Below are positions 8,869 to 18,220 of a DNA stretch of 53,915 bases, one piece after another. The notes beneath the pieces were generated by a model, which worked only from the letters and a program-made list of their open reading frames with translations, ran no database searches and was not told the DNA's origin. This stretch comes from a virus (Duplodnaviria; Caudoviricetes), in IMG/VR virus record IMGVR_UViG_3300035016_000040. The stretch is one strand, 5' to 3'. Position numbers and translations under genes: made by a program. Positions within the stretch are counted from its first letter, which is position 1. Every line of letters begins with the position of its first letter.

Positions 8869-9247
8869 TGGGGAGCGCCTTCTGCTGTTGGGCGGCGTTG
8901 TTCATCCGCTGGGCGATGACCGCATAATGGGCCATCGCCTTTTCCTTGTACTTCTCCGGGCTCAGCGGTTCGGGCTCGATGAACTCGAACAGGAAATCGG
9001 ACTCGCTGTGCCGGCGCTTCGAGTGCGGCATCAGGATCGTTCGGCAGAGGCGGGCCATGCGAAGGTCGGCCCGCTCGTCCCCCCACGGCGCGACCGCGAA
9101 TGCCGTCATCCAGTCGTCGAAAGACGGAACGCTCATATCCTCGAGCATTTGGTCTGGGTGGACCCACCGCCCGTTGCCGAGCGTGCGGCAGAGGAAAAAC
9201 GCGAACTGGCGCCGCCGGTCCTGCGCTAGCTCGCGGCGGGCTTTTTT
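8861..9247 (-). CDS. Tail assembly chaperone GT extension (reached by -1 frameshift)
   Basis: The -1 frame after A AAA AAG reads KKARRELAQDRRRQFAFFLCRTLG...PWGDERADLRMA and matches 45896..46252. Confidence 0.8.
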   Translation of the reverse strand, partial: KKARRELAQDRRRQFAFFLCRTLGNGRWVHPDQMLEDMSVPSFDDWMTAFAVAPWGDERADLRMARLCRTILMPHSKRRHSESDFLFEFIEPEPLSPEKYKEKAMAHYAVIAQRMNNAAQQQKALPNG

Positions 9248-9612
9248 GACGGGTCCTCGGAATCCTCGGCCCCGGCTGCGGCCGGCACTTGAATGCCGCT
9301 GAACGGCGTCGCCTCGTCGACGATCTTGTTCAGAACGGCGATCGACAGCCCGGTGCGCATCTTCGCGGCGTCGTCGTCGGTGAAGATCTGCTTGTCGTCC
9401 TCGTCGAGCATCACGCGGACGGCCACCCAAATGGCCACGTCGATGAACGGCGTCCCCTCCGGCGTGCCGGCGGTCTGGATCTTCTTCAGGTAATCGTCGA
9501 CTTCGGCAGCGCTGAGCTGGCGGATCTTGACGTCGCCGCAGTCGTCGGGCAGGGTTACGGTCTTGCGCTTCAGGGCTGCGCGGGAAAAGAAGCGGGCTTT
9601 GGAATCGCTCAC
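9226..9612 (-). CDS. Tail assembly chaperone G
   Basis: Between tail tube and tape measure; slippery heptamer near its 3' end. Confidence 0.8.
   Translation of the reverse strand: MSDSKARFFSRAALKRKTVTLPDDCGDVKIRQLSAAEVDDYLKKIQTAGTPEGTPFIDVAIWVAVRVMLDEDDKQIFTDDDAAKMRTGLSIAVLNKIVDEATPFSGIQVPAAAGAEDSEDPSKKPAAS
9241..9247 (-). other. Programmed -1 ribosomal frameshift site A_AAA_AAG
   Basis: In-frame TCA AAA AAG; the same heptamer occurs in prophage B at 45896..45902. Confidence 0.8.
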
Positions 9613-9706
9613 GGTGGTGTCCTTGGTAAGGTTAAATGCGGAACGGAAAGCACGCCGCGGCGGAGTAACCGCTGCAGCGTGTGAGTTGGATCTGCGGCCG
9701 CTGCGG

Positions 9707-10132
9707 TTAGGTGCCCGGGATGTAGGTCGGCGCCGTCGTTAGCTTGATCGTCAGCGACCCCTCGTACACGCCGTCGACCGTCTCGCCCTCGCCGCCGATG
9801 TTCTTCAGGTAGCCCTCGAAGCGGTACTTCGCGCCGTCCTTGAATTCCTCCTCCCAGAAGTAGTTCTCGCCGTCGCCGAACATCGTGTACAGCGCGGTCC
9901 AGCCCGCCTTGTTGTAGATCGTGGCAAACTCCAGCTCGCCGGGCTCGATCAGGCCGCCGCCGCCCAAGTACTCCTTGGCGTTGTTGGGCGAATCATCGTT
10001 GGTGATCTCGATCTCGCCGATCTCCGGCGACGGCATCGCCAGGTCCTTCGTCTGGGCGATCTTGGTGTACGTGCCGTCGACCGTGGTGCAGAACGACAGC
10101 TTCGAACCGAACGCTTTGGTTGCGGTGCTCAT
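9707..10132 (-). CDS. Major tail tube protein
   Basis: IEITNDDSP..KEYL..LIEPGELEF motif; homolog at 45054..45473. Confidence 0.85.
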   Translation of the reverse strand: MSTATKAFGSKLSFCTTVDGTYTKIAQTKDLAMPSPEIGEIEITNDDSPNNAKEYLGGGGLIEPGELEFATIYNKAGWTALYTMFGDGENYFWEEEFKDGAKYRFEGYLKNIGGEGETVDGVYEGSLTIKLTTAPTYIPGT

Positions 10133-10163
10133 GGGGAACGCTCCTCAAATGGGGTGAAAGTGA

Positions 10164-10565
10164 CTATTCCTGATAGTGGACGTTGAAGTCGAGCAGCACG
10201 CCCTTGATGCCCTCTTCTTGGCCGGCCGACTTCGATTCGGGTGCGGTGTTCTCGTCGTCGAGAAATATCGCGTCGATGACCAGCCCGTTGACCGTGCCGT
10301 TGAAGCCGTCGAGCGCGATCCGCACGGCCGCGGCGATCGCCAGTGCAACCTCTAACCGGTCAGCCCAGCAGCCAACCTGTACGGTGGTGCGCGGCGCCCG
10401 CGTGGGCCCGTCGTTGGTCCAATCCCGGCGCGTCGAAAGTCGCTGGTAAACGACGTTCGGCCGTGCAAGTCCGCGCGAACCGGCAGGCATGACGCGGCCA
10501 CCGGCAATCGACGCAACGTCTGGGATCGCGCGTAACAGCGACACAAGGGCCTCTTCGATGGTCAT
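10164..10565 (-). CDS. Tail completion / terminator protein (DUF3168-like)
   Basis: PNVVYQRLS, VQVGCWA, VRIALDGF; synteny. Confidence 0.8.
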   Translation of the reverse strand: MTIEEALVSLLRAIPDVASIAGGRVMPAGSRGLARPNVVYQRLSTRRDWTNDGPTRAPRTTVQVGCWADRLEVALAIAAAVRIALDGFNGTVNGLVIDAIFLDDENTAPESKSAGQEEGIKGVLLDFNVHYQE

Positions 10566-11038
10566 CGCTTCATCGCCTCTCGCTCGATTTCCTTGGCGGC
10601 CTTGTCGGCGTAGATCTGCTCGGCCTTGGCGCTGGACGCGTCGAACCCGCGCCGCAGCGGCGCGACGGCGGGTACCGACTGGCCGTCCTTCGTCTGATAG
10701 CCCAGCTCGACCAGGTGGTCGATGTTGGACGGGACGTGCTGCGAACCCTTGCCGGATGCCGACCGGCCGGCCCGCGGTGCCGACGCGTTGGCGTCGATGC
10801 CGATGATCGCGGCGTATCCGCCCTTCGTCTGGATGACCTTCTTGGCGATGCTCTTCTTGCTGAGCCCCGTATCCTCCGGCCAGAGCTTGCGCACGGCCTT
10901 GACGACGGGCGTCGCCGACGCGTTGGTGGCCTTCTTCAGCACACGGCGCATGCGCTTCTTGTCGCCCAGGCGCTTCAGCTTGCGGATCAGGGCCTTGTCG
11001 CCCTTGATGACCGCCCGGATCCGGGAATGCTTAGCCAT
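10562..11038 (-). CDS. HK97 gp10-like neck protein
   Basis: Basic; IKGDKALIRKLKRL, P.DTG, HLVELG, PLRRGFD. Confidence 0.8.
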   Translation of the reverse strand: MAKHSRIRAVIKGDKALIRKLKRLGDKKRMRRVLKKATNASATPVVKAVRKLWPEDTGLSKKSIAKKVIQTKGGYAAIIGIDANASAPRAGRSASGKGSQHVPSNIDHLVELGYQTKDGQSVPAVAPLRRGFDASSAKAEQIYADKAAKEIEREAMKR

Positions 11039-11366
11039 TGGTAGCAACCTCGGTGCGGCTGAACGCGTTCACGCGCATCTCACGCCGGCGGCCGTCGACG
11101 TCGGTGATGCCGTCGACGTAGAGCTCTTTCCCCTCCCACAGGAACCGCCGTTCCGGGGTGACTTCGTCGGTGTAACGCAGCTTCACAAGGAAGGCGGTCT
11201 CCATGTTCGTGATGCGGGCACGCACGTTTTCGTACGCGCGCACGGACTGCACCGACGCATGGACGGTCGTCACCGTTTGCCACGTTGGCACCGACTCGCC
11301 GAGTCCGTCGACGGTGACGATCGGCTTCTGGATCTCGACGCGGTGCCGAAGTTCGCCAGCCCTCAC
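11031..11366 (-). CDS. Head closure / head-tail adaptor (SPP1 gp16-like)
   Basis: GTG start, RAGELRHRVEIQKP...W...LRY; 111 aa like 43859..44194. Confidence 0.85.
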   Translation of the reverse strand: MRAGELRHRVEIQKPIVTVDGLGESVPTWQTVTTVHASVQSVRAYENVRARITNMETAFLVKLRYTDEVTPERRFLWEGKELYVDGITDVDGRRREMRVNAFSRTEVATNG

Positions 11367-11989
11367 GCGATCCCGACCTTTCTGCTGTGCAAACGGTAGA
11401 ACGCCTGCAGGCTGTGTGGGATCGCGGCCATGGCCTTTTCGCCGACGCTCTCGCGGTGCTCGTACAGGGTGGCCACGTGCGCGAGGATGGCCAGCTTGAT
11501 CGACGGCGGGATCCGACCGGCCACGTATCCGGCCTCGTACATCACGCTCACCGGATAATCGACCGCGGCCGCCGGTACGACGCGCGTCGTGCGGCCCACG
11601 TTCTGCAGCGTGTAATTGCTGACCGCCGTCTGGCCGGCGTCGACGATCGACGCGATGCTGATGATCGGGCCGCGCGGCAACACGATCGGCTCCCGGCCGT
11701 AGAACGTCGCGCAGAGCGTGCGCGGCATGAGCGACGTTGCCATGGACTCCTCCGCGAAGTCCGTCGCGGCCTGCACCAGCAGATCGATGTACGTCTGCGG
11801 CTCGGTGCTCGGCTGTAGCCTCAGGTGCGTTTCCACCGCAAACGATGTCACCGGCAACGACGTCGGCGGCGTGACGACGCGCCACTTGGCCGTCTGAGCG
11901 TTGGGAGATACGGGCACAGGGTTGCCTCCGGACTGACGGGACGGATGCTCGGACGCGTACCGTGGCCGCTCCTGGACTGGAACGGCCAC
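11363..11989 (-). CDS. Head-tail connector (HK97 gp6-like)
   Basis: HLRL, LPRGPI, YEAGY, IKLAILAHVATLYEHRE. Confidence 0.85.
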   Translation of the reverse strand: MAVPVQERPRYASEHPSRQSGGNPVPVSPNAQTAKWRVVTPPTSLPVTSFAVETHLRLQPSTEPQTYIDLLVQAATDFAEESMATSLMPRTLCATFYGREPIVLPRGPIISIASIVDAGQTAVSNYTLQNVGRTTRVVPAAAVDYPVSVMYEAGYVAGRIPPSIKLAILAHVATLYEHRESVGEKAMAAIPHSLQAFYRLHSRKVGIA

Positions 11990-12005
11990 GGCGTCACCTT
12001 GAGAT

Positions 12006-12425
12006 TCAGCCCCCGGCTGACTCGGACGCTGGGGATGCTTTGCCCTTCGGATTCGCCGCGACCTTCGGTTTGCGGATGACAGGTGAGGCTGGCCGGGCCC
12101 GGCGGGCCGGCTTAGCGGCCGCTGGCACCGACTGAGGGGCGCCCGCGAGCTGGTTTGCGACCAGGGCCGCGGCCAGCTCGAGCTTCGCAGGATCCGTCGT
12201 GGGCGGCGGGATGACCAACGGCCGCGCGTCGTCGGTCGGCGCTACCTGCTTGCGCGGGTGAAACGCTTCCGCCGGCACGGCCGGCACCGGTAGCTCCGGC
12301 GCGTCGACCGCAATCCCCTTCGCCAGGAACTCGCGATTCTCAGACGTATCGGGAACGTTGTAGAAGTGGCCGCGGCGGTAACAGCCGGCCGGGCCGGCGA
12401 CGGTTTCCATGAACTTGATGCGCAT
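12006..12425 (-). CDS. Small head-associated protein after the capsid gene
   Basis: MRIKFMETVAGPAGCYRRGHFYNVPD...LAKGIA with low-complexity tail; counterpart at 42374..42640. Confidence 0.6.
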   Translation of the reverse strand: MRIKFMETVAGPAGCYRRGHFYNVPDTSENREFLAKGIAVDAPELPVPAVPAEAFHPRKQVAPTDDARPLVIPPPTTDPAKLELAAALVANQLAGAPQSVPAAAKPARRARPASPVIRKPKVAANPKGKASPASESAGG

Positions 12426-12506
12426 GATGCTGGATCTCCTTTGAAGGCCCGCAGCGTGCGTTAGCTCGCCGCGGGCTCGAACGGCTCGTTACTACGCTGG
12501 CACCGA

Positions 12507-13952
12507 TTAGGATGCCGGCGTGCGAAGCTTCGCGATCGCGGTGACCGCGTAGCCGTACGCGTGATAGCCGATCAGGTTGAAGCCCGTCTGATCGACCTTC
12601 GCGGTGTTCTGCGTGATGCGGTGCAGCTTCTGGTTGGCCGTGTCACGTAGGCGGAAGCCGCGGAGCGAGATCACGAGGCCGATTACCTTCGTGGCCCCGA
12701 AGCCCTCCAAGTTGTCGCATCGCAGCACGGGCGTGCCGTTGAATCGCAGCAGCTCCTGATTCTGGGGGTCGCGCGTCAGCACCGGGTGGCCGTCGTCGCC
12801 CAGCAGCTTCTCGGCGGTCGCGTAGGCGGTGCGCGACAGCAGGATCACCTTCTGACGGTCGAAGCGCTTGGGCAGCGACCGGTTCAGGTCCACCAGGTTC
12901 GCGTAGGTGAACGTGGCCGTCGTGCTGGTTGGCACGATCTGGGTGATCGTGGCGTCGGCGATGATGGCCGCGATCGCGGCCGCCTCCAGGCCCTGCTCCT
13001 TGGCGTCCAGCAGGTCCGTCTGGATGTACTGCACCAGGTCGAAGCTGTTGGCGTTCAGCACGAGGTTGCTGAAGTAGCCGGTGCCGGACTGGTACGTCGA
13101 CACGTTCAGGACGATCGAGTCGGTCAGCGTCGGGGCGTTTTCCGTCTCGGCGTTGGCGTTTTCGGCGACGACGCCGCCCGCGGCTGCGCCGAGGATCGGG
13201 ATCGTCATCGCCTCGGTGCCGGTCGTATAGACGGGCTTGATGGTGTAGAGGTCCATCGCCTCGCGCAGCACGTTGCCGACGGTCGGCACGTCCGGCAAGG
13301 CAATCGTCTTCGGCAGAAGCGCTCCGCTTTGGGTGGCGCTGGTGATGGTCGCGAACTTGCGATCCATGTCGCCCGTCTCGCTCCAGCGGACCAAGGCGCG
13401 ATTGAACTGCACGCGGTCGACGTCGTCGGCCTTCGGCCCGGTCTGCTTGCCGCGGCCCTCGCTGGCGTCGAACTCGGCCCGGCCGTTTGCGTCCTGCGGC
13501 AGCTGGATCGAGCCGACGGCGTCGGCGCCGCCCGACAGCTTCAGCGCCGCGAACCGCGCCGCCTCGTCGAGCGTGTTCTTGATCGCGGTCATCCGGGTGA
13601 AGCGCGTCTCGTTGGCGGTCTTCTCCTCCGGCTTCATCTCACGGTTCTCGCGCGTGACCGTGTCGATCACGGTGTGCGCCTCGCCGTACAGCCGGCTGAA
13701 CTCCTCGCGCAGGCCCTTGAACGGCTCGGGCTTGGGCGCGACGTCGAGCCCGCCCGGGTTGTCCTCGCTGGGCGTGTTGAAGTGGAAGGAACTGTGCAGG
13801 CCGCCGATGCCGTTGAAGGCCCGGCGGAACGACACCCCGCCGGTCGGTTCAGCCGCGACGAGCGCCGTGCGGGCGGCCGTCATCGCCACGGTGAAAGCGA
13901 CGGCGTTGATCGCCAGGTTGTCGCTCATCGAGCTGATCATCTTCGAACTCAT
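12507..13952 (-). CDS. Major capsid protein (HK97 fold) with an N-terminal extension
   Basis: Follows the protease; coiled-coil delta domain, GALLPK, FNGTPV; homolog at 41076..42299; start uncertain. Confidence 0.85.
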   Translation of the reverse strand: MSSKMISSMSDNLAINAVAFTVAMTAARTALVAAEPTGGVSFRRAFNGIGGLHSSFHFNTPSEDNPGGLDVAPKPEPFKGLREEFSRLYGEAHTVIDTVTRENREMKPEEKTANETRFTRMTAIKNTLDEAARFAALKLSGGADAVGSIQLPQDANGRAEFDASEGRGKQTGPKADDVDRVQFNRALVRWSETGDMDRKFATITSATQSGALLPKTIALPDVPTVGNVLREAMDLYTIKPVYTTGTEAMTIPILGAAAGGVVAENANAETENAPTLTDSIVLNVSTYQSGTGYFSNLVLNANSFDLVQYIQTDLLDAKEQGLEAAAIAAIIADATITQIVPTSTTATFTYANLVDLNRSLPKRFDRQKVILLSRTAYATAEKLLGDDGHPVLTRDPQNQELLRFNGTPVLRCDNLEGFGATKVIGLVISLRGFRLRDTANQKLHRITQNTAKVDQTGFNLIGYHAYGYAVTAIAKLRTPAS

Positions 13953-14019
13953 GTGCAGGTCCGTTTCTGCCCCGGCTTTGGGGGCGTTCTGGTGAAATTG
14001 GCGTTCGCGGAACACCCCG

Positions 14020-14604
14020 CTACAGCCGGTATTGGTCAAGCGTGAATCGTTGTAGTTGGAGCGCCTGAGCGGCGCGGGCGGCATATTTAGGCGACGCGTC
14101 GCCGGGCGGCTTTACCTCGACGCTCGATGCGGTGAACGCCGGCGTGGCCGTGATCGTCACCTCGTCGACGACGAACGCGCTCGCGTTGAGGATCGATTGC
14201 CCGTTCTCCTGCGTCGTCACGCCGTCCGGGCTCGTTACCATGCTGAAGCTCATGCCCGTCACGTAGCCTTTGCCGACCAGCTCGGCGACGTCGCGGCCGG
14301 TGGTGGTGTCGGGCAGGTCAATCTCGACCTTGACCCCGTAGTCGTCGGGCATGATGCGCAGCGTGCCGTTGGCCGTGTTGCCCAGGATCTGCGGCGTCCA
14401 GTGGTGATAGAGCGCCAGCGTCGGCTTGGCGAACGTCGCCGAGCCCGGCATGAGGCGCACGCGATAGCCACCGCGGTCGTCGCTCGACACGTTCCAGACA
14501 AGCGCGTAACCCGACAGGGTCACCGGCTTGCCGTCCGCCTTCGCGACGGCAAACTTGGCGTCGCGGGTGAAGAACTGGCGCTTGTCTTTGTCCGTGTTGC
14601 TCAT
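14020..14604 (-). CDS. HK97-family prohead protease
   Basis: LSGYALVWN, ALYHH, LGNTANGTL, GMSFS, EVTITATPAF. Confidence 0.92.
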   Translation of the reverse strand: MSNTDKDKRQFFTRDAKFAVAKADGKPVTLSGYALVWNVSSDDRGGYRVRLMPGSATFAKPTLALYHHWTPQILGNTANGTLRIMPDDYGVKVEIDLPDTTTGRDVAELVGKGYVTGMSFSMVTSPDGVTTQENGQSILNASAFVVDEVTITATPAFTASSVEVKPPGDASPKYAARAAQALQLQRFTLDQYRL

Positions 14605-15767
14605 TTCTGATCCTCGGGTTGGGGTGCGGTGTCGCCCAGGCGGCGGAGCTTGTTGGCTTCCGGATCGTCGATCGGCGGCAGACCCAGGAGGCCCCGGCCC
14701 TCGTTTTCCGTGTAGAGGCCGTTCCGCACGCCGAGCGAGATGATCTCCATCTGCTCTTTGCCGCTGCCGCGCAGCAGCGCGTCCGGGTTGATGTGCACCG
14801 AGTAGCCGGCGTCCTGGTCGGCCTCGGTCAGCAGCTTCGACGTCAGCTCGTCCTCGGCCATCTCGATCCACGGCCGGAACACGTAGCGGACGATGAACTG
14901 CCCGGCCTGCTCGACGATCGCGTTGTACTTCGCCTCGGTCAGCTCATAGAGGAATTCGGGCGGGACGCCCGTCGCCTGCGAGATCTGCTTCGTCGTCGCC
15001 GACACCTGGCCGACGATCTGGGAGGCTTCAGGCGAAATCGTGTGATTCGTGAACTTGGCGCCGTTGCCCAGCACGAGCACGTCGTCCTCGCCCTCGCCGC
15101 CGCGATACTTGCGGATCTCGGCCTTTACCTGGGCAATGCCGTCGTCGTCGATCTCGCCCTCGACCGTCACGGATCCGCGAATGACTGAGCCCCGCTGCAG
15201 GTAGGTCGTCTGGTAGTTTTCCAGCGTGGCGGCACGCTGGAACGTGCGCTCGTGCAACGCGATCGGGTCCGCCCCGGCTTGCCCATCGTAGCTCAGGCCC
15301 TGAAAGTGCAGGACGTCAGAGTCGTAGTGCATCTGCTTCGTCGGCACATGCCAGTAGAACTGCTGGGGGCCGGAACCGTCGCCGCGGTCGTAGCGGACCG
15401 GCCGGACGTCCTCCGGCAGCAGGATGTGGATCGCCCGCGGGCGGAACGTGCCCGGCTCCCGCTCGATCCGTGCGTACGCGTTACCCGTGTGCGTCACGTG
15501 AAAGTACAGCGTGCGCCAGAACGTCGTCGCGTTCTGATACGCGTTCGGCCGGCGGTTTAGCAGCCGGTCCAGCCGGTGCGTCCCGTCGATCTTCGTCCCT
15601 CCCTTGCGCACGCTACGGCCGAAGCTGGCCAGGTTGCTCGACAGGAACTCGATCGCCCGCCTGTACGCGGGGATCGTGAGCGCGGAGTAGCAGTTGATCA
15701 GCGTAGATCGGATCGATTGATTGCTGAAGCCGCCTTGGTCGTCTAGGACTTGGATTCCGTTGCTCAT
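14601..15767 (-). CDS. HK97-family portal protein
   Basis: PNAYQ..FW, GNAY, DVLHF, GVPP, TENEGRGLLGLPP; ATGA overlaps on both sides. Confidence 0.92.
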   Translation of the reverse strand: MSNGIQVLDDQGGFSNQSIRSTLINCYSALTIPAYRRAIEFLSSNLASFGRSVRKGGTKIDGTHRLDRLLNRRPNAYQNATTFWRTLYFHVTHTGNAYARIEREPGTFRPRAIHILLPEDVRPVRYDRGDGSGPQQFYWHVPTKQMHYDSDVLHFQGLSYDGQAGADPIALHERTFQRAATLENYQTTYLQRGSVIRGSVTVEGEIDDDGIAQVKAEIRKYRGGEGEDDVLVLGNGAKFTNHTISPEASQIVGQVSATTKQISQATGVPPEFLYELTEAKYNAIVEQAGQFIVRYVFRPWIEMAEDELTSKLLTEADQDAGYSVHINPDALLRGSGKEQMEIISLGVRNGLYTENEGRGLLGLPPIDDPEANKLRRLGDTAPQPEDQK

Positions 15768-17365
15768 GTGGCGAAGACCTGCACCTTCTTCTTGGCAATC
15801 GGGAACGCGTGTTTGCGCGCTTCCGTCAGCGCGGTCACCAGCGCCGAGATGCCGTCGACCTTCTTCCCGCGCGTGCCGGCGTACTTTTCCTTGGCGTTGG
15901 GCTTGATCACGCGAATGGCGCCGTAGCTGTTGGTCTCGATCTGCGCGTTCTCGGCACAGAACCGCAGGACGTCGTTTGGCTCGACGACGATCGAGCGTTC
16001 CTTCAGCCGGCGGTCGAGCTCGAAGCAACCGGGGGACGTCGTGAACCCCTGGGGCACCGTGACGCAGGTGATGCGGGCCGCCTCCAACATGGCGACCGTC
16101 TCATCGGCGCGGTACGTGTCGTAGCACACGGCCTTGATCTTGTTCGACTTCCCGATCGTGATGATGTGCTGCGCGATCTCCTGACGCACGGCGGAACTGA
16201 TCGTGTCCTCATCGAGCAGCACGATGTGGCCCGCCGTCGCCCACGCCGCGTATGGGACGGCGTTCTTCTCCTCGTACCGCTTGGCCGTCTTCCGCGGCAT
16301 CCAAAACTTCGATTTCACGTAGAACCGTTCGGCCGTGACGCCCACGGTAACGACGCCGCATAAGTCGTCGCTCTGGGCCAGGTCCATGCCGATGTAGACC
16401 TCGCAGCCGTCGGGCGTCGGATCGGACGTCGCCGACTGCGACTCGTCCCAGATCAGCATGTCGAGCCACGGACCGTCCCCGCGCGTCAGCCATTGTGAGA
16501 GGAATAGCCGCCGGTACCGGGATTCGCCGTCGTCCGAGTCGCGCCCCTTGTCCAGTTCCTTCTTCAGGTCCTCAAACGTGATGATCGTGCCCAGTGAAGG
16601 GTTAGCGGCCTTGGCGGCCGCCTCGCTCGTCCAGTCCATCGCCTCGTCCGCGGCGTAGATCACCGGCAGCAGTGACTTGTCCTGGCTCTTTCCCTCCAAG
16701 ACGGCCACGGCCCGCTTGTGCAGCTGCCACGCAAACGAGCAATGGTTGCTCCCGGCGTTGGTCGTGACGAGCGTGAGCGGCTGGCGGCGCTTGGTCATGT
16801 TGGCGGTCAACGTGTCGTAGAGCTTCCCGTTCGGCCACTCGTGCGCCTCGTCCATCAGCAGCACCGACGGCCGGAAGCCGTGGCGGCCCTCGGCGGTGCC
16901 ACTCAGGACGGTCCATTTCGAGTTATTCGGGGCTCGGATCTCGAACTGCTTCGGGTCGCAGGCCTTCTTCAGCGCGGCGTGGGCGGCGACGAACTTCTTG
17001 CCCGCGTCCAGCGTGAGGTACGCTTGCTGGAAGTCGGTCGCGGAGCTGATCACGTGGGCGCCGGGCTCGTGATCGGCCAGCAGGCAGTACATGCCGCACA
17101 ACGCTAGCAGCGGCGTCTTGCCCGCCCCCTTGGCGGTCAGCAGCCACAGCTCCTTGAACCGCCGACGGCCGTCGGCGCGCCGCTTCCAGCCGAACAGCGG
17201 GCGGATGACGTTTTCCTTCTGCCAATCCAACAGGTCGAACGGCAGGCCGGCCCACTGCCCCTCGTAGTGGCGCAGGAACTTCTGCGCGAAGCGGATCGGC
17301 CGGTCGGCCGCCTCCGCGTCAAAGTAGAATTCCGCGTCCTCCTTCAGTTCAAGGACGCCCGGCAC
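15764..17365 (-). CDS. terL: Terminase large subunit
   Basis: LLDWQ, Walker A AKGAGKT, Walker B LLMDEAHEW, nuclease GMDLA..DD, KVDGISA. Confidence 0.95.
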   Translation of the reverse strand: MPGVLELKEDAEFYFDAEAADRPIRFAQKFLRHYEGQWAGLPFDLLDWQKENVIRPLFGWKRRADGRRRFKELWLLTAKGAGKTPLLALCGMYCLLADHEPGAHVISSATDFQQAYLTLDAGKKFVAAHAALKKACDPKQFEIRAPNNSKWTVLSGTAEGRHGFRPSVLLMDEAHEWPNGKLYDTLTANMTKRRQPLTLVTTNAGSNHCSFAWQLHKRAVAVLEGKSQDKSLLPVIYAADEAMDWTSEAAAKAANPSLGTIITFEDLKKELDKGRDSDDGESRYRRLFLSQWLTRGDGPWLDMLIWDESQSATSDPTPDGCEVYIGMDLAQSDDLCGVVTVGVTAERFYVKSKFWMPRKTAKRYEEKNAVPYAAWATAGHIVLLDEDTISSAVRQEIAQHIITIGKSNKIKAVCYDTYRADETVAMLEAARITCVTVPQGFTTSPGCFELDRRLKERSIVVEPNDVLRFCAENAQIETNSYGAIRVIKPNAKEKYAGTRGKKVDGISALVTALTEARKHAFPIAKKKVQVFAT

Positions 17366-17723
17366 GCGAGGCCTCCGCTTCGACGATGTTGTGACACGGT
17401 GGGCAGACGCTCATCAGGTTTTCCGGATCGGTGCGCTCGGGCGGCGTGCACTGCGCCAGCGGCTTCTTGTGGTGAACGTGCGACGCGAACACGCGCCGGC
17501 ACCGTTCGCAGACCGGGTCGCGGGCTAGCTTTCGCCCACGCGCTCGTTTCCACTCCGCCGAGTCGTAGAACTGCTTGGCGGCGGGGTTTCGCTGGTGCTG
17601 GTCGTAGAACCGGTCGCGTTGCCGTCGGGCCTCGCGTCCCTGCTGTGTGTGTTCATCGCAGTAGTCGCCGCGCCGCACGACGTACGCGGTGCACGTGGGG
17701 TGGCGGCAAGGGGCGCTGGGCAT
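17349..17723 (-). CDS. Terminase-associated HNH endonuclease (HK97 gp74-like)
   Basis: FYDSAEW..AR...L..DPVCERC, VHH, NLMSVCPPCHN. Confidence 0.85.
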   Translation of the reverse strand: MPSAPCRHPTCTAYVVRRGDYCDEHTQQGREARRQRDRFYDQHQRNPAAKQFYDSAEWKRARGRKLARDPVCERCRRVFASHVHHKKPLAQCTPPERTDPENLMSVCPPCHNIVEAEASRAGRP

Positions 17724-18220
17724 CGTGGTGCCTCGATCACGTTCAGGCGGGCGAACTGGCCGTACGCAGCGATTGCGGCCTCGTTGTAGGCTTCGGCCGC
17801 TCGAAGCTCATCGCTGAACAAGCCCAGGTGTCGCGGCGCGCCATCGACGACGATCTGCGCACGCCAACGGCCTCGCTGGCGGTGCCATGACACGCCCTTG
17901 TAGGCCGACGTGCATCGCTTCAGCATCTTCTTGCACCGAGCCGCGCACTGCGCGCGGTCCTTGGGGCGGAGATTCGCCCTTCGGTTGTTCAGTGGATCGT
18001 CGTCAATGAAATCGATGTAGACGTCGCGATCGGTTAGGCCGAGGATGACGCGGCCCATCGTGAGCCGCTTTTGGTGCTTCTTGCCGGAGCCGGGCTTGTG
18101 CGTCAGGACGTGCAGCTTCCCCTGGTGTCGGGTGACGTGCCACTTGTATTGGGACACCAAGGCGGCGTCGGCCACGTCGACCAGCGCGGCGAGACCCTGG
18201 GTGAGTTGTACTGTGAACAT
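17525..18220 (-). CDS. HNH-AP2 domain protein (HNH degenerate); C-terminal tail overlaps the HNH gene
   Basis: LTQG..ALVD..D, NNRRANLR, SAYKGVSW...WRAQI...LGLF..E..AA.AYN...GQFARLN. Confidence 0.8.
   Translation of the reverse strand: MFTVQLTQGLAALVDVADAALVSQYKWHVTRHQGKLHVLTHKPGSGKKHQKRLTMGRVILGLTDRDVYIDFIDDDPLNNRRANLRPKDRAQCAARCKKMLKRCTSAYKGVSWHRQRGRWRAQIVVDGAPRHLGLFSDELRAAEAYNEAAIAAYGQFARLNVIEAPRCPAPLAATPRAPRTSCGAATTAMNTHSRDARPDGNATGSTTSTSETPPPSSSTTRRSGNERVGES

Noticed and set aside
6230-8919. Long alternative-frame and antisense ORFs over the tape measure gene (724 and 764 aa), and similar ones over the capsid and terminase genes
   Set aside because: Arg/Gly/Pro-rich shadows expected from high-GC codon bias; no motifs
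17525-17723. Functional dual-coding overlap between the HNH-AP2 tail and the packaging HNH
   Set aside because: The extension after the AP2 domain is low-complexity read-through with no counterpart in B
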